DNA of 64,000 nucleotides from a virus (lineage: Duplodnaviria; Caudoviricetes). Positions within the stretch are counted from its first letter, which is position 1. Each line of letters starts with the position of its first letter. This document shows positions 1 to 9,510 of the stretch, piece after piece. Where the stretch lies: positions 32,001-96,000 of the IMG/VR virus record IMGVR_UViG_3300023048_000002. One strand, written 5' to 3'. Under the pieces are notes generated by a model. That model saw only the letters and a program-made list of their open reading frames with translations. It did not search any database and was not told the origin of the DNA. A program made the translations under genes and the position numbers.

Positions 1-366
1 TTCAAATACTTTACGTTCATAATTTAAATAACCTGCTGTACTGTATTTGATCTTATAACTACTTAATTCAGATATTGGTTGCTCAAATTTCTGTTCAATA
101 GCTTTGATTACACTATCGTATTCAGCATCAGATAATTTTACAGAGCCAAAGTTAGGTGCATACGTCCAAGCCAATCCCATTAACTCATGTGTTACTGGAC
201 TCATTATGTTGTCAGGCTGTTGCATGAAGATGACATCTTTCTGATCCATCTGACTCATATTAAACACTATTACATAACGACCTATACCATCTGCGTTCCA
301 GTTAGTTAAATAAGATACTTTACCATCTTCAATGGATTTAAAAATTTTCTCAAGTAAACTGTTCAT
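1..366 (-). CDS. hypothetical protein, runs off the left window edge
   Basis: Hand-translated open frame from ATG at 366 (MNSLLEKIFKSIEDGK...) to position 1; ATGA overlap with the upstream ORF. Confidence 0.7.
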   Translation of the reverse strand, partial: MNSLLEKIFKSIEDGKVSYLTNWNADGIGRYVIVFNMSQMDQKDVIFMQQPDNIMSPVTHELMGLAWTYAPNFGSVKLSDAEYDSVIKAIEQKFEQPISELSSYKIKYSTAGYLNYERKVFE

Positions 367-659
367 TCTCTTTCCTTATACCAATCTAGGTTCCAATCAA
401 ATGCTTCAATTTTATCGAAGACGATATGAACCTGCAAACCACATGGCCTACCATCTGTTACTGCCCTACCATCAACACTAGCGAGATTATATTCAATTCT
501 CTCTTGGTACATAAACTTAATAAAGTCGGTATATGCTCTACCAATGTATTCCTGATAGTCTGAAATTCGAATCATCTTTCTGAATTCTCTAATTTGTTCA
601 TCGGTTGGCGGCGGAAGATTTTTAATATGTTCTAGCAACTCTGCAAAACTCATAACCAT
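363..659 (-). CDS. hypothetical protein
   Basis: 98 aa ORF with stop/start overlaps with neighbours. Confidence 0.65.
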   Translation of the reverse strand: MVMSFAELLEHIKNLPPPTDEQIREFRKMIRISDYQEYIGRAYTDFIKFMYQERIEYNLASVDGRAVTDGRPCGLQVHIVFDKIEAFDWNLDWYKERE

Positions 660-925
660 TAGTATACTCGATATTTGTAAGGTCTACCAAAATCAGTCTT
701 TTGCTTTGGTAGAGGTGTGATGGAATCTACATATTCTTGTAAAGTTCTAAATGCTGAATCATGGTTATGCCAATACGCATGTAACATCAAAGGATGTCTA
801 ATACCAACCCATACCCACGCCAACTTCCTAGCAGAAAAGGTATTTTTCACTAGGAATTTATATCCTGTTAACCAATTACCTTTTCTTATACCAAATCTAT
901 CATCATTAAATATTACAATTTTCAT
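659..925 (-). CDS. hypothetical protein
   Basis: 88 aa ORF, AAGGG RBS-like sequence, TAATG overlap with the next gene. Confidence 0.65.
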   Translation of the reverse strand: MKIVIFNDDRFGIRKGNWLTGYKFLVKNTFSARKLAWVWVGIRHPLMLHAYWHNHDSAFRTLQEYVDSITPLPKQKTDFGRPYKYRVY

Positions 926-933
926 ATTATCCC

Positions 934-2808
934 TTACACATTAAACTCATCTTTGAACTCATCTACCGATAGTGTCTTGATACCCAACTCACGAGCCTTC
1001 ACGGCCTTTCCAGAGGTTGAGTTAGGCTCAGCCGTCACAAGGTGTGTGGTGTTCTTAGAGACCGAGCTACCGACCTTCGCACCAGCCTTTTCAAGCTTGG
1101 ACTGAAGGTCTTTGTCACGGAAGCCAGTGAACACGATATTCATACCCTTGAACTCATCAGTCTTCACTTCAACGATGAAGTTCAATCCTAGGCGATCTTT
1201 CAACTGTTTGGCGTTATACAAACCATTAACGAAAGATGTGGCTGTCTTCATTTCGAAACCATCAAAACCCATGACATCAGATAGCTTAAGGTTCCAGACA
1301 TCTGACTCATTAGTTAGATTCTTAATAAGAAGCTTTGACTTACGAACACCGAAGCCAGAACCAAAGTACATGACTGCACCAAGATAAGTAGGCAGAGTCA
1401 GGCCAGCAAGACGACGCTCAAGACTTGTGAAAATCTTGGAGCCATTGGAACCAATCACACCTTCCCATTCAATTTCCATTAGATTTAGAATGGTATCAAT
1501 AACTTCTTCATAGCTACGACTACGAAGCTTGAAAGCATCGAATACCTTAGCCATGCTTGATTCCTTAAGAAGATCGACTTCCAAGGTTTCAAAGAAATCT
1601 AGAACCTGCTTAAAGATTACATCTGAATCACTCTGATAGTTCTTACGAACGAAGTCAACCTTATTCTCATCCCACTCCCAATCACTATCAGGATATTGTG
1701 CAACGATCTTATCATCAGGAATCACGTCTGTGATGTATGGAATGACCTCACCTGAGCGAACTAGCTTGACAGTCTTACCCGGACCAATTTGGTTATCTAC
1801 AATAAACTTACCATTGAAACCAGTAGCAAAGGTAACAGTAACACCGCCGATCTTGACAGGTACGATTTCAACGCGTGGCTTCTCACGTCCCCACTTACTG
1901 ACTTCGTAGTGAATTTTTACAACCTTTGATTCCTTAATAGCGCTTGCATCCTGCACTTTGTACTTGACCGAATGCTCAGGGTTCAAACTAGAAGAACTTG
2001 AAAGCGTCTTCTGTGAATTCTTGTCATTGATGGTTACTACGATACCATCTAGCTCATAGTCTGATACAACGCGTGCATCACGGAGAGCCTTTGTCAGCGT
2101 AGGATCAGATACTTCAGAGCCAAAAATTTCATCATGTGCGACCACAGAAAATCCAAGGCTCTTCAATATAGCCAAGTCACCTTTCTGTGATGCAGTTAAA
2201 TATTCATCTGATCCATCGACAATTTGATAAGCAACGAAATCAATATCGTTAAGAACAGCATCATCAGTGGTGCTACGGTTCATTGCACCAGCGACCATGT
2301 TACGTGGGTTCGCGTAAGCACCTGACCAATTCTTTTCAAACTTATCATTAGACATGATCAACTCACCACGAATGGTAAGATGGCCGGTACCTGTGATTGA
2401 CAATGGGATATTAAGTTTCTTGACGTGACGTGAATAATCTGCACCTTCATAACCGTTACCACGGCTATAGGCGATCTGGAACTGACCATTCTTATACTGA
2501 AGCATGCAGCTTACGCCGTCCAGCTTATGACTGACGATGACCTCCTTAGTCTTGAGGCCATACTTTACGACCCAACTAGTGGCATCGCCTTCATAGATTT
2601 GCGTTAGCGAACCCATGGTATATGGAAGCTTGATCTTGCCGCCGCGAACGTCAGAGCCAACCTTCATAAAATAGGAATGGTTAGGCTGCATCTTCTGCGC
2701 CTTAACCTTCAATTGGTCATACTGAGCATCAGAGACCGATGGAATACCATTGGTATATTCATCGTCCCAAAGCTCAAGCTGTTCAACAATTGATTTAATG
2801 TTATCCAT
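934..2808 (-). CDS. ligA: NAD+-dependent DNA ligase
   Basis: SDAQYD, KLDG adenylation motif, SRGNG, RGE, NPRN, DGIV, SGEVIP and a C-terminal BRCT (VFTG...KAVKARELG). Confidence 0.95.
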   Translation of the reverse strand: MDNIKSIVEQLELWDDEYTNGIPSVSDAQYDQLKVKAQKMQPNHSYFMKVGSDVRGGKIKLPYTMGSLTQIYEGDATSWVVKYGLKTKEVIVSHKLDGVSCMLQYKNGQFQIAYSRGNGYEGADYSRHVKKLNIPLSITGTGHLTIRGELIMSNDKFEKNWSGAYANPRNMVAGAMNRSTTDDAVLNDIDFVAYQIVDGSDEYLTASQKGDLAILKSLGFSVVAHDEIFGSEVSDPTLTKALRDARVVSDYELDGIVVTINDKNSQKTLSSSSSLNPEHSVKYKVQDASAIKESKVVKIHYEVSKWGREKPRVEIVPVKIGGVTVTFATGFNGKFIVDNQIGPGKTVKLVRSGEVIPYITDVIPDDKIVAQYPDSDWEWDENKVDFVRKNYQSDSDVIFKQVLDFFETLEVDLLKESSMAKVFDAFKLRSRSYEEVIDTILNLMEIEWEGVIGSNGSKIFTSLERRLAGLTLPTYLGAVMYFGSGFGVRKSKLLIKNLTNESDVWNLKLSDVMGFDGFEMKTATSFVNGLYNAKQLKDRLGLNFIVEVKTDEFKGMNIVFTGFRDKDLQSKLEKAGAKVGSSVSKNTTHLVTAEPNSTSGKAVKARELGIKTLSVDEFKDEFNV

Positions 2809-2813
2809 AAAAA

Positions 2814-2847
2814 AGCCTCATGTAGATATTTAATTCTACATGAGGCT
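2814..2847 (-). terminator. 13-bp perfect hairpin plus U-tract immediately upstream of ligA; covers its GAGG RBS
   Basis: AGCCTCATGTAGA-N8-TCTACATGAGGCT followed by TTTTT then ATG on the minus strand. Confidence 0.7.
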
Positions 2848-2861
2848 ACAGGAGAAATCAA
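2833..2861 (-). promoter_or_regulatory. sigma70-type promoter for ligA
   Basis: TTGATT-N17-TAGAAT. Confidence 0.6.
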
Positions 2862-2867
2862 GGAACG

Positions 2868-4340
2868 TTAGATGAACTTACTAACCTTACCGCTTGGCAT
2901 GTACTTAGCAAATTTTGCTTCAGTAATAGGTGTCAAGCCATGGTGACGACTAAAATATTCTTTTGCTTCTTTTATGTCCGCTTTGTATAAAGCCTTAGGC
3001 TCAGGTAGTTCTACCTTAAGCTCAACACCAATCACACCCTCAACATCATAGGCTTTAATAATCGTTATTATTTGGTCAGCAGTAATACCTTTACCACCCT
3101 TGACGATATCGTAAACGATCTTATTTACAAAATCAATCTTTTCCTTAGTACCATCGGCTTTAAGGCGAGTAATCTTCAAATCTTCCCATCGGTTTGCATC
3201 AATTTCCCAAGCCATGAATAGAAGTCTATTGAACTGCGCTAGAATTTTGTCCGTAGCATATGACATATACTCACGCGTCATATACTCAAACAAACAATTA
3301 ATCAACTCTTGTGATGGTTCCCATTCTTGGTTGAATGAACGAATATACATTAGAAGAGCCGCCACGGTGTTTTCTTTTTTTACATCTACGTGGGCAAATA
3401 TACCTTCTAATTTCAAACGTAACTTGCGGCTATTGCGAAGGTCTTCTTGGAAAGAGAAAGGGTCTTCAATGTTTTTAGCCATAAAGCAATCATTATCGTC
3501 AACACCTTCGTAATGGGCGATATCCTTCAACATTCCCTTAATCTTTCTGCGGGAAGTTTCGTATTCAATAGCAGTGGTGACAGCACTAATAATTTCGTCC
3601 TGAGCTTTCTTGATATTGTCGTTCAATGCTTCAACGGCTGCATTCGCGGAGTCTACGATAATTTTAAATCTTTCGTAGTTCTCATGCTCCATAGATTCAA
3701 CATCATCCATGATCAAATCTTTGATCGCACTTCTTGATACCTGTTCTATTGCCATACTGATGAATTTGGAATCCAGTGTCTCATCATCATATTCAGGAAG
3801 AGTGAAATCGTAGAGGTAAGGAATCCACTTGAAGACAGGATATTCATCCGATGTGAAGTTATCTTTGTCATCATCTAGAATGCCTTTACCAATAAGCTCA
3901 GTTCTATTAAGTAATCTGTAGTTAGAGTATGCATTAGAATAGATTCCCGCATCATTTAGAGCATTATAAAAATTGTCTGTCTTGATCAGGACGTTTGAAC
4001 CGACATCTAAAACAAGTTCTTTGTTTAGTAGGTCTTTCTTAGGGAAGAAAGTATAGCTCTGGCAATGCTTGGTTAATTCCATAACAATGTCTTGGAATCT
4101 TCCTCTATGTACCCTAGTAAGGTCATAACTCATTTTACTTATAAAATCTTTACCAAATGACTCCAAGAATGAGTCTTTAACGTAAGGCAGTTTGGTAGCA
4201 AAATCATCAAGCTCACTTTCCATATCAAAATTTATTGAAATGAAAGAACCATAGATGAATTGCATCTTATCAAAATGTGAATGACTAATTATGTTGGAAA
4301 TTACTTTATAATCAGAGGGTTGTAGAACTTTTGAAAACAT
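2868..4340 (-). CDS. hypothetical protein, probably late/virion
   Basis: 490 aa ORF, AAGGA RBS, preceded by TATAAATA. Confidence 0.75.
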   Translation of the reverse strand: MFSKVLQPSDYKVISNIISHSHFDKMQFIYGSFISINFDMESELDDFATKLPYVKDSFLESFGKDFISKMSYDLTRVHRGRFQDIVMELTKHCQSYTFFPKKDLLNKELVLDVGSNVLIKTDNFYNALNDAGIYSNAYSNYRLLNRTELIGKGILDDDKDNFTSDEYPVFKWIPYLYDFTLPEYDDETLDSKFISMAIEQVSRSAIKDLIMDDVESMEHENYERFKIIVDSANAAVEALNDNIKKAQDEIISAVTTAIEYETSRRKIKGMLKDIAHYEGVDDNDCFMAKNIEDPFSFQEDLRNSRKLRLKLEGIFAHVDVKKENTVAALLMYIRSFNQEWEPSQELINCLFEYMTREYMSYATDKILAQFNRLLFMAWEIDANRWEDLKITRLKADGTKEKIDFVNKIVYDIVKGGKGITADQIITIIKAYDVEGVIGVELKVELPEPKALYKADIKEAKEYFSRHHGLTPITEAKFAKYMPSGKVSKFI

Positions 4341-4368
4341 TTTTAAATCCTTAATAGGTGTCTAAAAA

Positions 4369-4376
4369 TATTTATA
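4369..4376 (-). promoter_or_regulatory. T4-type late promoter
   Basis: Exact TATAAATA about 30 nt upstream of the 4340 start. Confidence 0.6.
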
Positions 4377-4405
4377 GTCCGTTAAAAAGCGTGAACCTGA
4401 GAGCC

Positions 4406-4903
4406 TTAGAAGTCTCTCAGTTCTTCCATGTATTCTTCCACGATTTCAATTTCTCCAATCTCATCGTCAATGTTTTTGATACTCTTAGGATCAAAGTCAC
4501 CACAATCATATGATAGAGATGTATGAATCTTATATTCAGGGAAGTCATAGGTTGCATCATATTCATCCATGATGTACTCATGACGCTTGACTAATTCATC
4601 ACAATCAAAACGAATGACTAAACAATTAGTTTCTTTGTCTTCATTTCTGGTCTTAAAAATTTCTAGCTTGGTTGGCTTACCGATCCATGGCTTTACTAGT
4701 TCACCATCAGGTTTAAAACCATCACAATGCTTTCTAGAATAGATCACAGTACAGTGGAACTCATCACTAGGAGTCGGGTTTGGGATATCATGTTTTTTGA
4801 TGAAATCCTCAAAACTCTTAATTGTCTCACCAGAGAATTTAACCGCAACGTAAGTTCCCGGCTGCTTCTCTTTCAATGCTTCATTCAAATCAACTAATTT
4901 CAT
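4406..4903 (-). CDS. acb1: 2H phosphoesterase, T4 gp57B/Acb1-like (anti-CBASS nuclease family)
   Basis: GTYVAVKFS, PNP...FHCTVIYSR and YDFPEYKIHTSLSYD give two HxT/S motifs matching T4 57B; start placed at 4903 (AAGGA RBS, MKLVDLNE). Confidence 0.85.
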   Translation of the reverse strand: MKLVDLNEALKEKQPGTYVAVKFSGETIKSFEDFIKKHDIPNPTPSDEFHCTVIYSRKHCDGFKPDGELVKPWIGKPTKLEIFKTRNEDKETNCLVIRFDCDELVKRHEYIMDEYDATYDFPEYKIHTSLSYDCGDFDPKSIKNIDDEIGEIEIVEEYMEELRDF

Positions 4904-4911
4904 ATAAATCC

Positions 4912-5415
4912 TTATATTTTTCGGGTCCATCTTTCAAAGCGTAGGTCTTCCGTTTCCTCAATAACCTCATCAAGCTTGAACGCATATTCCAACCATTCCT
5001 GATTAAAGAACGTATCACATTCATAATCTTTCTTGATTCTGGTTATATATCCATATTGTGCCCCAAATACTGGATGTTCTAGGGCATAATTATAAATTGA
5101 CGTACCGCCAATAAAGATAAATGGGTTAGACATTAGTGAAAAATTATCAATACGCGAATGTTTTGTAACCCATGTTGTCTCAGGAATGTCCCTTGATGTG
5201 ATTACATAGCACTTACGTTTGGGTAGAAGTTCTAATGTCTTCTCTGGATAGCCACGCATTTCAGCTATCTCTTTATAGGTATTGTAACCTAGGATGCAGT
5301 GACCATTGATAGTCACTTTTTTAAAGAAGGCAAAATCTTCTTTATAATGCCAAGGAATCTTATTATCCTTGGCGATACCCCATTTCTCATCGACTGCTAC
5401 GATAAAGAAATTCAT
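4912..5415 (-). CDS. frd: dihydrofolate reductase
   Basis: IVAVDEKWGI..IPW..EDFAFFK, IGG, YECDTFF. Confidence 0.93.
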   Translation of the reverse strand: MNFFIVAVDEKWGIAKDNKIPWHYKEDFAFFKKVTINGHCILGYNTYKEIAEMRGYPEKTLELLPKRKCYVITSRDIPETTWVTKHSRIDNFSLMSNPFIFIGGTSIYNYALEHPVFGAQYGYITRIKKDYECDTFFNQEWLEYAFKLDEVIEETEDLRFERWTRKI

Positions 5416-5603
5416 TCGTTCACCAAGAGCAGGTCTTTATCTTTATTGACCCACTTATTGTATTGACGGTTTTCAGGATCAGTAACAGATAGAGGACGAA
5501 TCTCATGGAGAACTTTTGATCTACCAGAACGTAGAGTTTTTTCAGCACTTCTTCCAGTGAGAACAACCTCTTCTCCATTATACACATATGTTTGCATTGA
5601 CAT
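5412..5603 (-). CDS. hypothetical protein
   Basis: 63 aa ORF, ATGA overlap with DHFR. Confidence 0.65.
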   Translation of the reverse strand: MSMQTYVYNGEEVVLTGRSAEKTLRSGRSKVLHEIRPLSVTDPENRQYNKWVNKDKDLLLVNE

Positions 5604-5702
5604 TTTATCTTCTCATTAAAGTTTACCATAAATAATTAGGTAATCGAAAGGTTTTTTTATTAAACAGCTATCAACCCCGATACACTCAACTACATACTCT
5701 TC

Positions 5703-5731
5703 AGTATATATGTCTCTTCCTATCGAGTCAA
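5703..5731 (-). promoter_or_regulatory. sigma70-type promoter
   Basis: TTGACT-N17-TATACT. Confidence 0.7.
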
Positions 5732-5825
5732 TTTTTAGGGAGTGCGTATGAATTCATAATTGTCCCTATCTTTCTGACAAACACCCCTCAAACGTTTTAA
5801 CTGAATTTCGGAGTATACAAAACCC

Positions 5826-6599
5826 ATGGCTAGAAAAATAACTAAGAAAAAAGCAAGATCAGAAAAAATGAGCTTCGTCCATGAAGTCACACATAGTAAT
5901 ATCGTAGCCATTCATCAGGGACCAAAAACAAAATCTTGGTCCCTACACGACTTGAAAGCCATCAAGCCAATGACTGCTAAGCAGGGTAGCTTAATTGAAT
6001 CATATTTTATGGATAATCATCTAGTCGCCAGCGGTTCTGCTGGTACAGGTAAATCATTCCTAGCTCTTTGGCTAGCATTGAATTCCCTACTAGATAAGGA
6101 TGAGCCACAGGACCACATCATCGTCGTCAGAAGCGCCGTTGCTTCCCGTGACATCGGTTTCCTACCGGGAACTGCGGAAGAGAAGCTAGAGCCATTTGAA
6201 GCCCCTTACAGGGACATCATGCATGAACTTCTAGGTCGCTCAAGCTCATATGATGATTTGAAGGATGCAGGTAAGCTTAAATTCATTCCTACATCATTCG
6301 TTCGTGGTTCCACTTGGGATGATGCTATTGTCGTTATTGACGAAGCTCAGAACCTAACCCTTCACGAATTGAATTCTGTGATTACCCGTGTAGGCGTAAA
6401 TACTCGTGTTATCGTTTGTGGTGACTACAATCAGAATGACTTGGCTAACAAGCGTTATGAAACCAGTGGATTCAAAGATTTCTTGAGAGTGGCAGAAGCT
6501 ATGCATGATTTCGATGTCGTCAACTTCACTAAGGAAGATATCGTTAGAAGTGAATTCGTCAAGGCTTGGATTTCAACCTTGGAAGATTTAGGACTTTAA
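5826..6599 (+). CDS. phoH: PhoH-family ATPase
   Basis: GSAGTGKS, IGFLPG, FVRG, IDEAQN, GD..QND, DIVRS. Confidence 0.93.
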   Translation: MARKITKKKARSEKMSFVHEVTHSNIVAIHQGPKTKSWSLHDLKAIKPMTAKQGSLIESYFMDNHLVASGSAGTGKSFLALWLALNSLLDKDEPQDHIIVVRSAVASRDIGFLPGTAEEKLEPFEAPYRDIMHELLGRSSSYDDLKDAGKLKFIPTSFVRGSTWDDAIVVIDEAQNLTLHELNSVITRVGVNTRVIVCGDYNQNDLANKRYETSGFKDFLRVAEAMHDFDVVNFTKEDIVRSEFVKAWISTLEDLGL

Positions 6600-6618
6600 T
6601 TCTAAAACGTAGATAAGC

Positions 6619-6644
6619 GAAAGGGACGCACATGCGTCCCTTTC
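6619..6644. terminator. bidirectional intrinsic terminator
   Basis: GAAAGGGACGCA-CA-TGCGTCCCTTTC between convergent genes. Confidence 0.8.
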
Positions 6645-7061
6645 TTATTTCATGGCCTTGAAAAGATCAACCAAATCTGGCAATTTACCGTGATCAGTAA
6701 ACTTGACTACTCGCTCAGGCTTACCAAGAATACGTGTAACCACTTCCCTTAATTCTTCAAAGTCGGATGCACGCTCTAATGTAAGAACCGTATCCGCATA
6801 TATTTCTTCATCACATTCACTATATTCATTCCACCAGTTACCATACTTCGTAAACTTTAGGTTGAGTATAGCATCAAACTTATACAATGACTTGGGGTCG
6901 AGGTCTTTAAACTCTTCCCAAATATAATCAGACCAATACATATCCATCGACTCACATGTGCCTGCCGGATCACCAGAGTAGCTAATGACTGAAAATATAT
7001 TTTCAAATACCTCTCTGGTAGATGGTCTTAGATATGCAGAAGCATAAATTTTAATCACCAT
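6645..7061 (-). CDS. hypothetical protein
   Basis: 138 aa ORF in the operon. Confidence 0.65.
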   Translation of the reverse strand: MVIKIYASAYLRPSTREVFENIFSVISYSGDPAGTCESMDMYWSDYIWEEFKDLDPKSLYKFDAILNLKFTKYGNWWNEYSECDEEIYADTVLTLERASDFEELREVVTRILGKPERVVKFTDHGKLPDLVDLFKAMK

Positions 7062-7554
7062 TACAAGTCTCCAACATTTTTTTAAACTTATCTATTTCTG
7101 CATGCTTAAAACGATTCGGACACAATAATAGCTTCTCTTTAGTATAGAAAATATAGTCTTCATCATCCACGGCAAACCATGCCACACCCGGATAATTTTC
7201 CGTCATATAATGACGACATTCATCTTCACGATTATATGTGAATGATGTATAAGTTACGCCATGGTGGGGTGTCTGACCTACGATCAAATCTCTGATGGAT
7301 TCTGGAAACTGTTCTACCAGCCATTCATGCTTATAGCTATAACGCCATGAGGTTGAGAATACAATCTTGATGTCATACTCATCAATAGAATTATTGATTG
7401 CTCTGGCAAAGTATGGAGTGAAGGAGAAATCTTTAAACTCTGCATCAGTCGTATCTTCATCACGAAAGAATGGATGCATACAACCATCGAAGTCAGTGAA
7501 AACAATTACCTGTTTCTTCATACCATTGGCAGCATTGTGTTCAAACGCTGCCAT
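7051..7554 (-). CDS. HAD-family phosphatase (Swiss-army-knife RNA-repair type)
   Basis: FTDFDGCMHP, IVFSTSWR, GQTP, WFAVDD. Confidence 0.8.
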   Translation of the reverse strand: MAAFEHNAANGMKKQVIVFTDFDGCMHPFFRDEDTTDAEFKDFSFTPYFARAINNSIDEYDIKIVFSTSWRYSYKHEWLVEQFPESIRDLIVGQTPHHGVTYTSFTYNREDECRHYMTENYPGVAWFAVDDEDYIFYTKEKLLLCPNRFKHAEIDKFKKMLETCNGD

Positions 7555-8089
7555 TAGTGTAACCTCTATATGTTAAAGAAATTCTACGACCACACATAAA
7601 CCCGGCCTTGGGAATCCTATGCTGGTGTGTATCCTGAAATCCTGCTGACATGATGCAAAGGCTTCCGTTCTCAAGCTTTAACTTGGTTACATCATCGTTG
7701 CTACCATTTTCTCTAAACCAAATCTCACGTTCAACCCCAAGGCTGACAATGCAGATTGGCCTAGAGTCATCCATTTCTGGACTGTCATCGGCATGCCAAC
7801 CCAAGTGGTCGGACTGATCTTCATAGCGATTCAAGAAGCAGACTTCATACGTGGATTCAGTCTCAATCTGAAGCGCATATTCAATGAATGTGATCATTGA
7901 ATGTTTGGCTTGTGATGGATACTCTCTTTCATATGGTGGTGTGCCATAGGTGTAAGCAAAGCCAAACTGACTTACATAATATTCCATACGTGGAGTGTTC
8001 CCACGCTTAACCCAATCCAGTTCAGTGACTAGAATTTCCAGAACCTTATCTGGCTCTGGTATAAAATTTGGTATGTACTTAATATCCAT
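7541..8089 (-). CDS. AlkB-like 2OG-Fe(II) dioxygenase
   Basis: LNRY..DHLGWHADD, IVSLG..R, HRIPK, RISLTYR. Confidence 0.9.
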   Translation of the reverse strand: MDIKYIPNFIPEPDKVLEILVTELDWVKRGNTPRMEYYVSQFGFAYTYGTPPYEREYPSQAKHSMITFIEYALQIETESTYEVCFLNRYEDQSDHLGWHADDSPEMDDSRPICIVSLGVEREIWFRENGSNDDVTKLKLENGSLCIMSAGFQDTHQHRIPKAGFMCGRRISLTYRGYTNGSV

Positions 8090-8343
8090 TACTTAATTCC
8101 TAGTTGTTCCTTTGTCATAGTCATGAAATCAACCCATGATGTGACCTTTGCTTTCTCACCATAATCAACACGATCATCTAGTGGAATGGGTCGATGTTCT
8201 TTTAGAAATGCATTAAGGTCTTCACTATCAGTGAACCATAGGCGACACTTGATGCGCTCTCGCTTAACAACTTCATACACGTTGCCGTCAGCATCCTTCT
8301 GTTTAGAAAGATAGCCTCGGTCGAATTCAAGTAGTAGTTGCAT
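8089..8343 (-). CDS. hypothetical protein
   Basis: 84 aa ORF, TAATG overlap. Confidence 0.6.
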   Translation of the reverse strand: MQLLLEFDRGYLSKQKDADGNVYEVVKRERIKCRLWFTDSEDLNAFLKEHRPIPLDDRVDYGEKAKVTSWVDFMTMTKEQLGIK

Positions 8344-8345
8344 AA

Positions 8346-8762
8346 TTAAAATTCTTTAATTTGAATTGAAAGACTTTTTAATACATTACTCATGCTAGTT
8401 GCAGTTGCTTCTAGCATTAAATCGAATGTAAATGGAGCATAGTAATCCATTTCAGGATCACCATTTTCAAGAAATGTCGTACACTTAAGGCCTGAAAAAT
8501 CAAGATTCTCAACTCGTGCAATGAAGATGACAATATCTTTCTTCTTTGTATAGTCAAATTTCCCAAGGAACTTAAGGTCTGATTCTTGAAAAACCAAACC
8601 AGATTCTTCCTGACATTCACGAAGGGCAGTCTGTACGAAAGTTTCACCTTCGTCCTGACGACCCTTGAAGATATCCCAATGTTTATTATTTGTGGCATGA
8701 CCTAGAGCATACTGATTGCTTTGAATCTTGACTAGGATACCAGCAGAAATTACCTTAGACAT
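8346..8762 (-). CDS. Nudix hydrolase, T4 NudE-like
   Basis: SAGIL..WDIFKG and Nudix box G..DEGE....ALRECQEESGL. Confidence 0.88.
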   Translation of the reverse strand: MSKVISAGILVKIQSNQYALGHATNNKHWDIFKGRQDEGETFVQTALRECQEESGLVFQESDLKFLGKFDYTKKKDIVIFIARVENLDFSGLKCTTFLENGDPEMDYYAPFTFDLMLEATATSMSNVLKSLSIQIKEF

Positions 8763-8926
8763 TAGAACTCTCCATTACATGCGAATGTCGCTACTTTTTT
8801 GCACTTAGTGCATACCTTATAGAAAATGAGACAGGGCTTACCCGTTAACATTTCCTGTACTCTTTTACCTCTTGCATCGTACACCCAATAATGAAAACAA
8901 AAGATTGATTTAAGTTTAAATATCAT
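8762..8926 (-). CDS. small Cys/His protein, 54 aa, not in the ORF track
   Basis: Hand-translated MIFKLKSIFCFHYW...VCTKCKK...; TAATG overlaps at both ends. Confidence 0.6.
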   Translation of the reverse strand: MIFKLKSIFCFHYWVYDARGKRVQEMLTGKPCLIFYKVCTKCKKVATFACNGEF

Positions 8927-9510
8927 TAGACTAACTTCAGCAATTGTGTTAAAGACGATATAGAATCATATTGATTATCGCCAGTCCTGTCAAGTAAGGT
9001 GCTATTCCATCCGAAGTTACGTGGACTTTCCACATCAGCTTTGAAGGTATCACCTACCATGTGAATATCGGTCCCATACATCCACAATGCTTTCTCAACG
9101 GCCATGTAAATTTCAATGTCCGGCTTTGTATAGCCCTCTGCGAAGCTCCAAACGTAATGGTCGAATACATCCCCAAAGATGTGCACAATGGGCTGTGCAT
9201 AAGGATGTGCGAGGTTTGAACAAACGACAAGCTTCATTCCTCGCTTCTTAAGAACTTCTAACGTCTGCTTGACATCAGCAAATTCCTTGATTGACTTCAA
9301 CTCAATTGAAAGCTGATCCATGAGATGTGGAAGCTTCAAGCTTCCACCAGCAAATGCCACGGTCTCTTCAAAGGTTACTGGATGTGTCAACGGGTTCAAA
9401 TGTTTGAACCCGTTGATGTCCGTCAAGTTTTTCAACTGCTTGTAGGGATACGTCCTTTCATGAATTTTTACGATAGTCCCATAAGCATCAAATACAACTG
9501 CCTTGGTCAT
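8926..9510 (-). CDS. HAD-family hydrolase
   Basis: VFDAYGT, CSN, KP, MVGD...D. Confidence 0.88.
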   Translation of the reverse strand: MTKAVVFDAYGTIVKIHERTYPYKQLKNLTDINGFKHLNPLTHPVTFEETVAFAGGSLKLPHLMDQLSIELKSIKEFADVKQTLEVLKKRGMKLVVCSNLAHPYAQPIVHIFGDVFDHYVWSFAEGYTKPDIEIYMAVEKALWMYGTDIHMVGDTFKADVESPRNFGWNSTLLDRTGDNQYDSISSLTQLLKLV

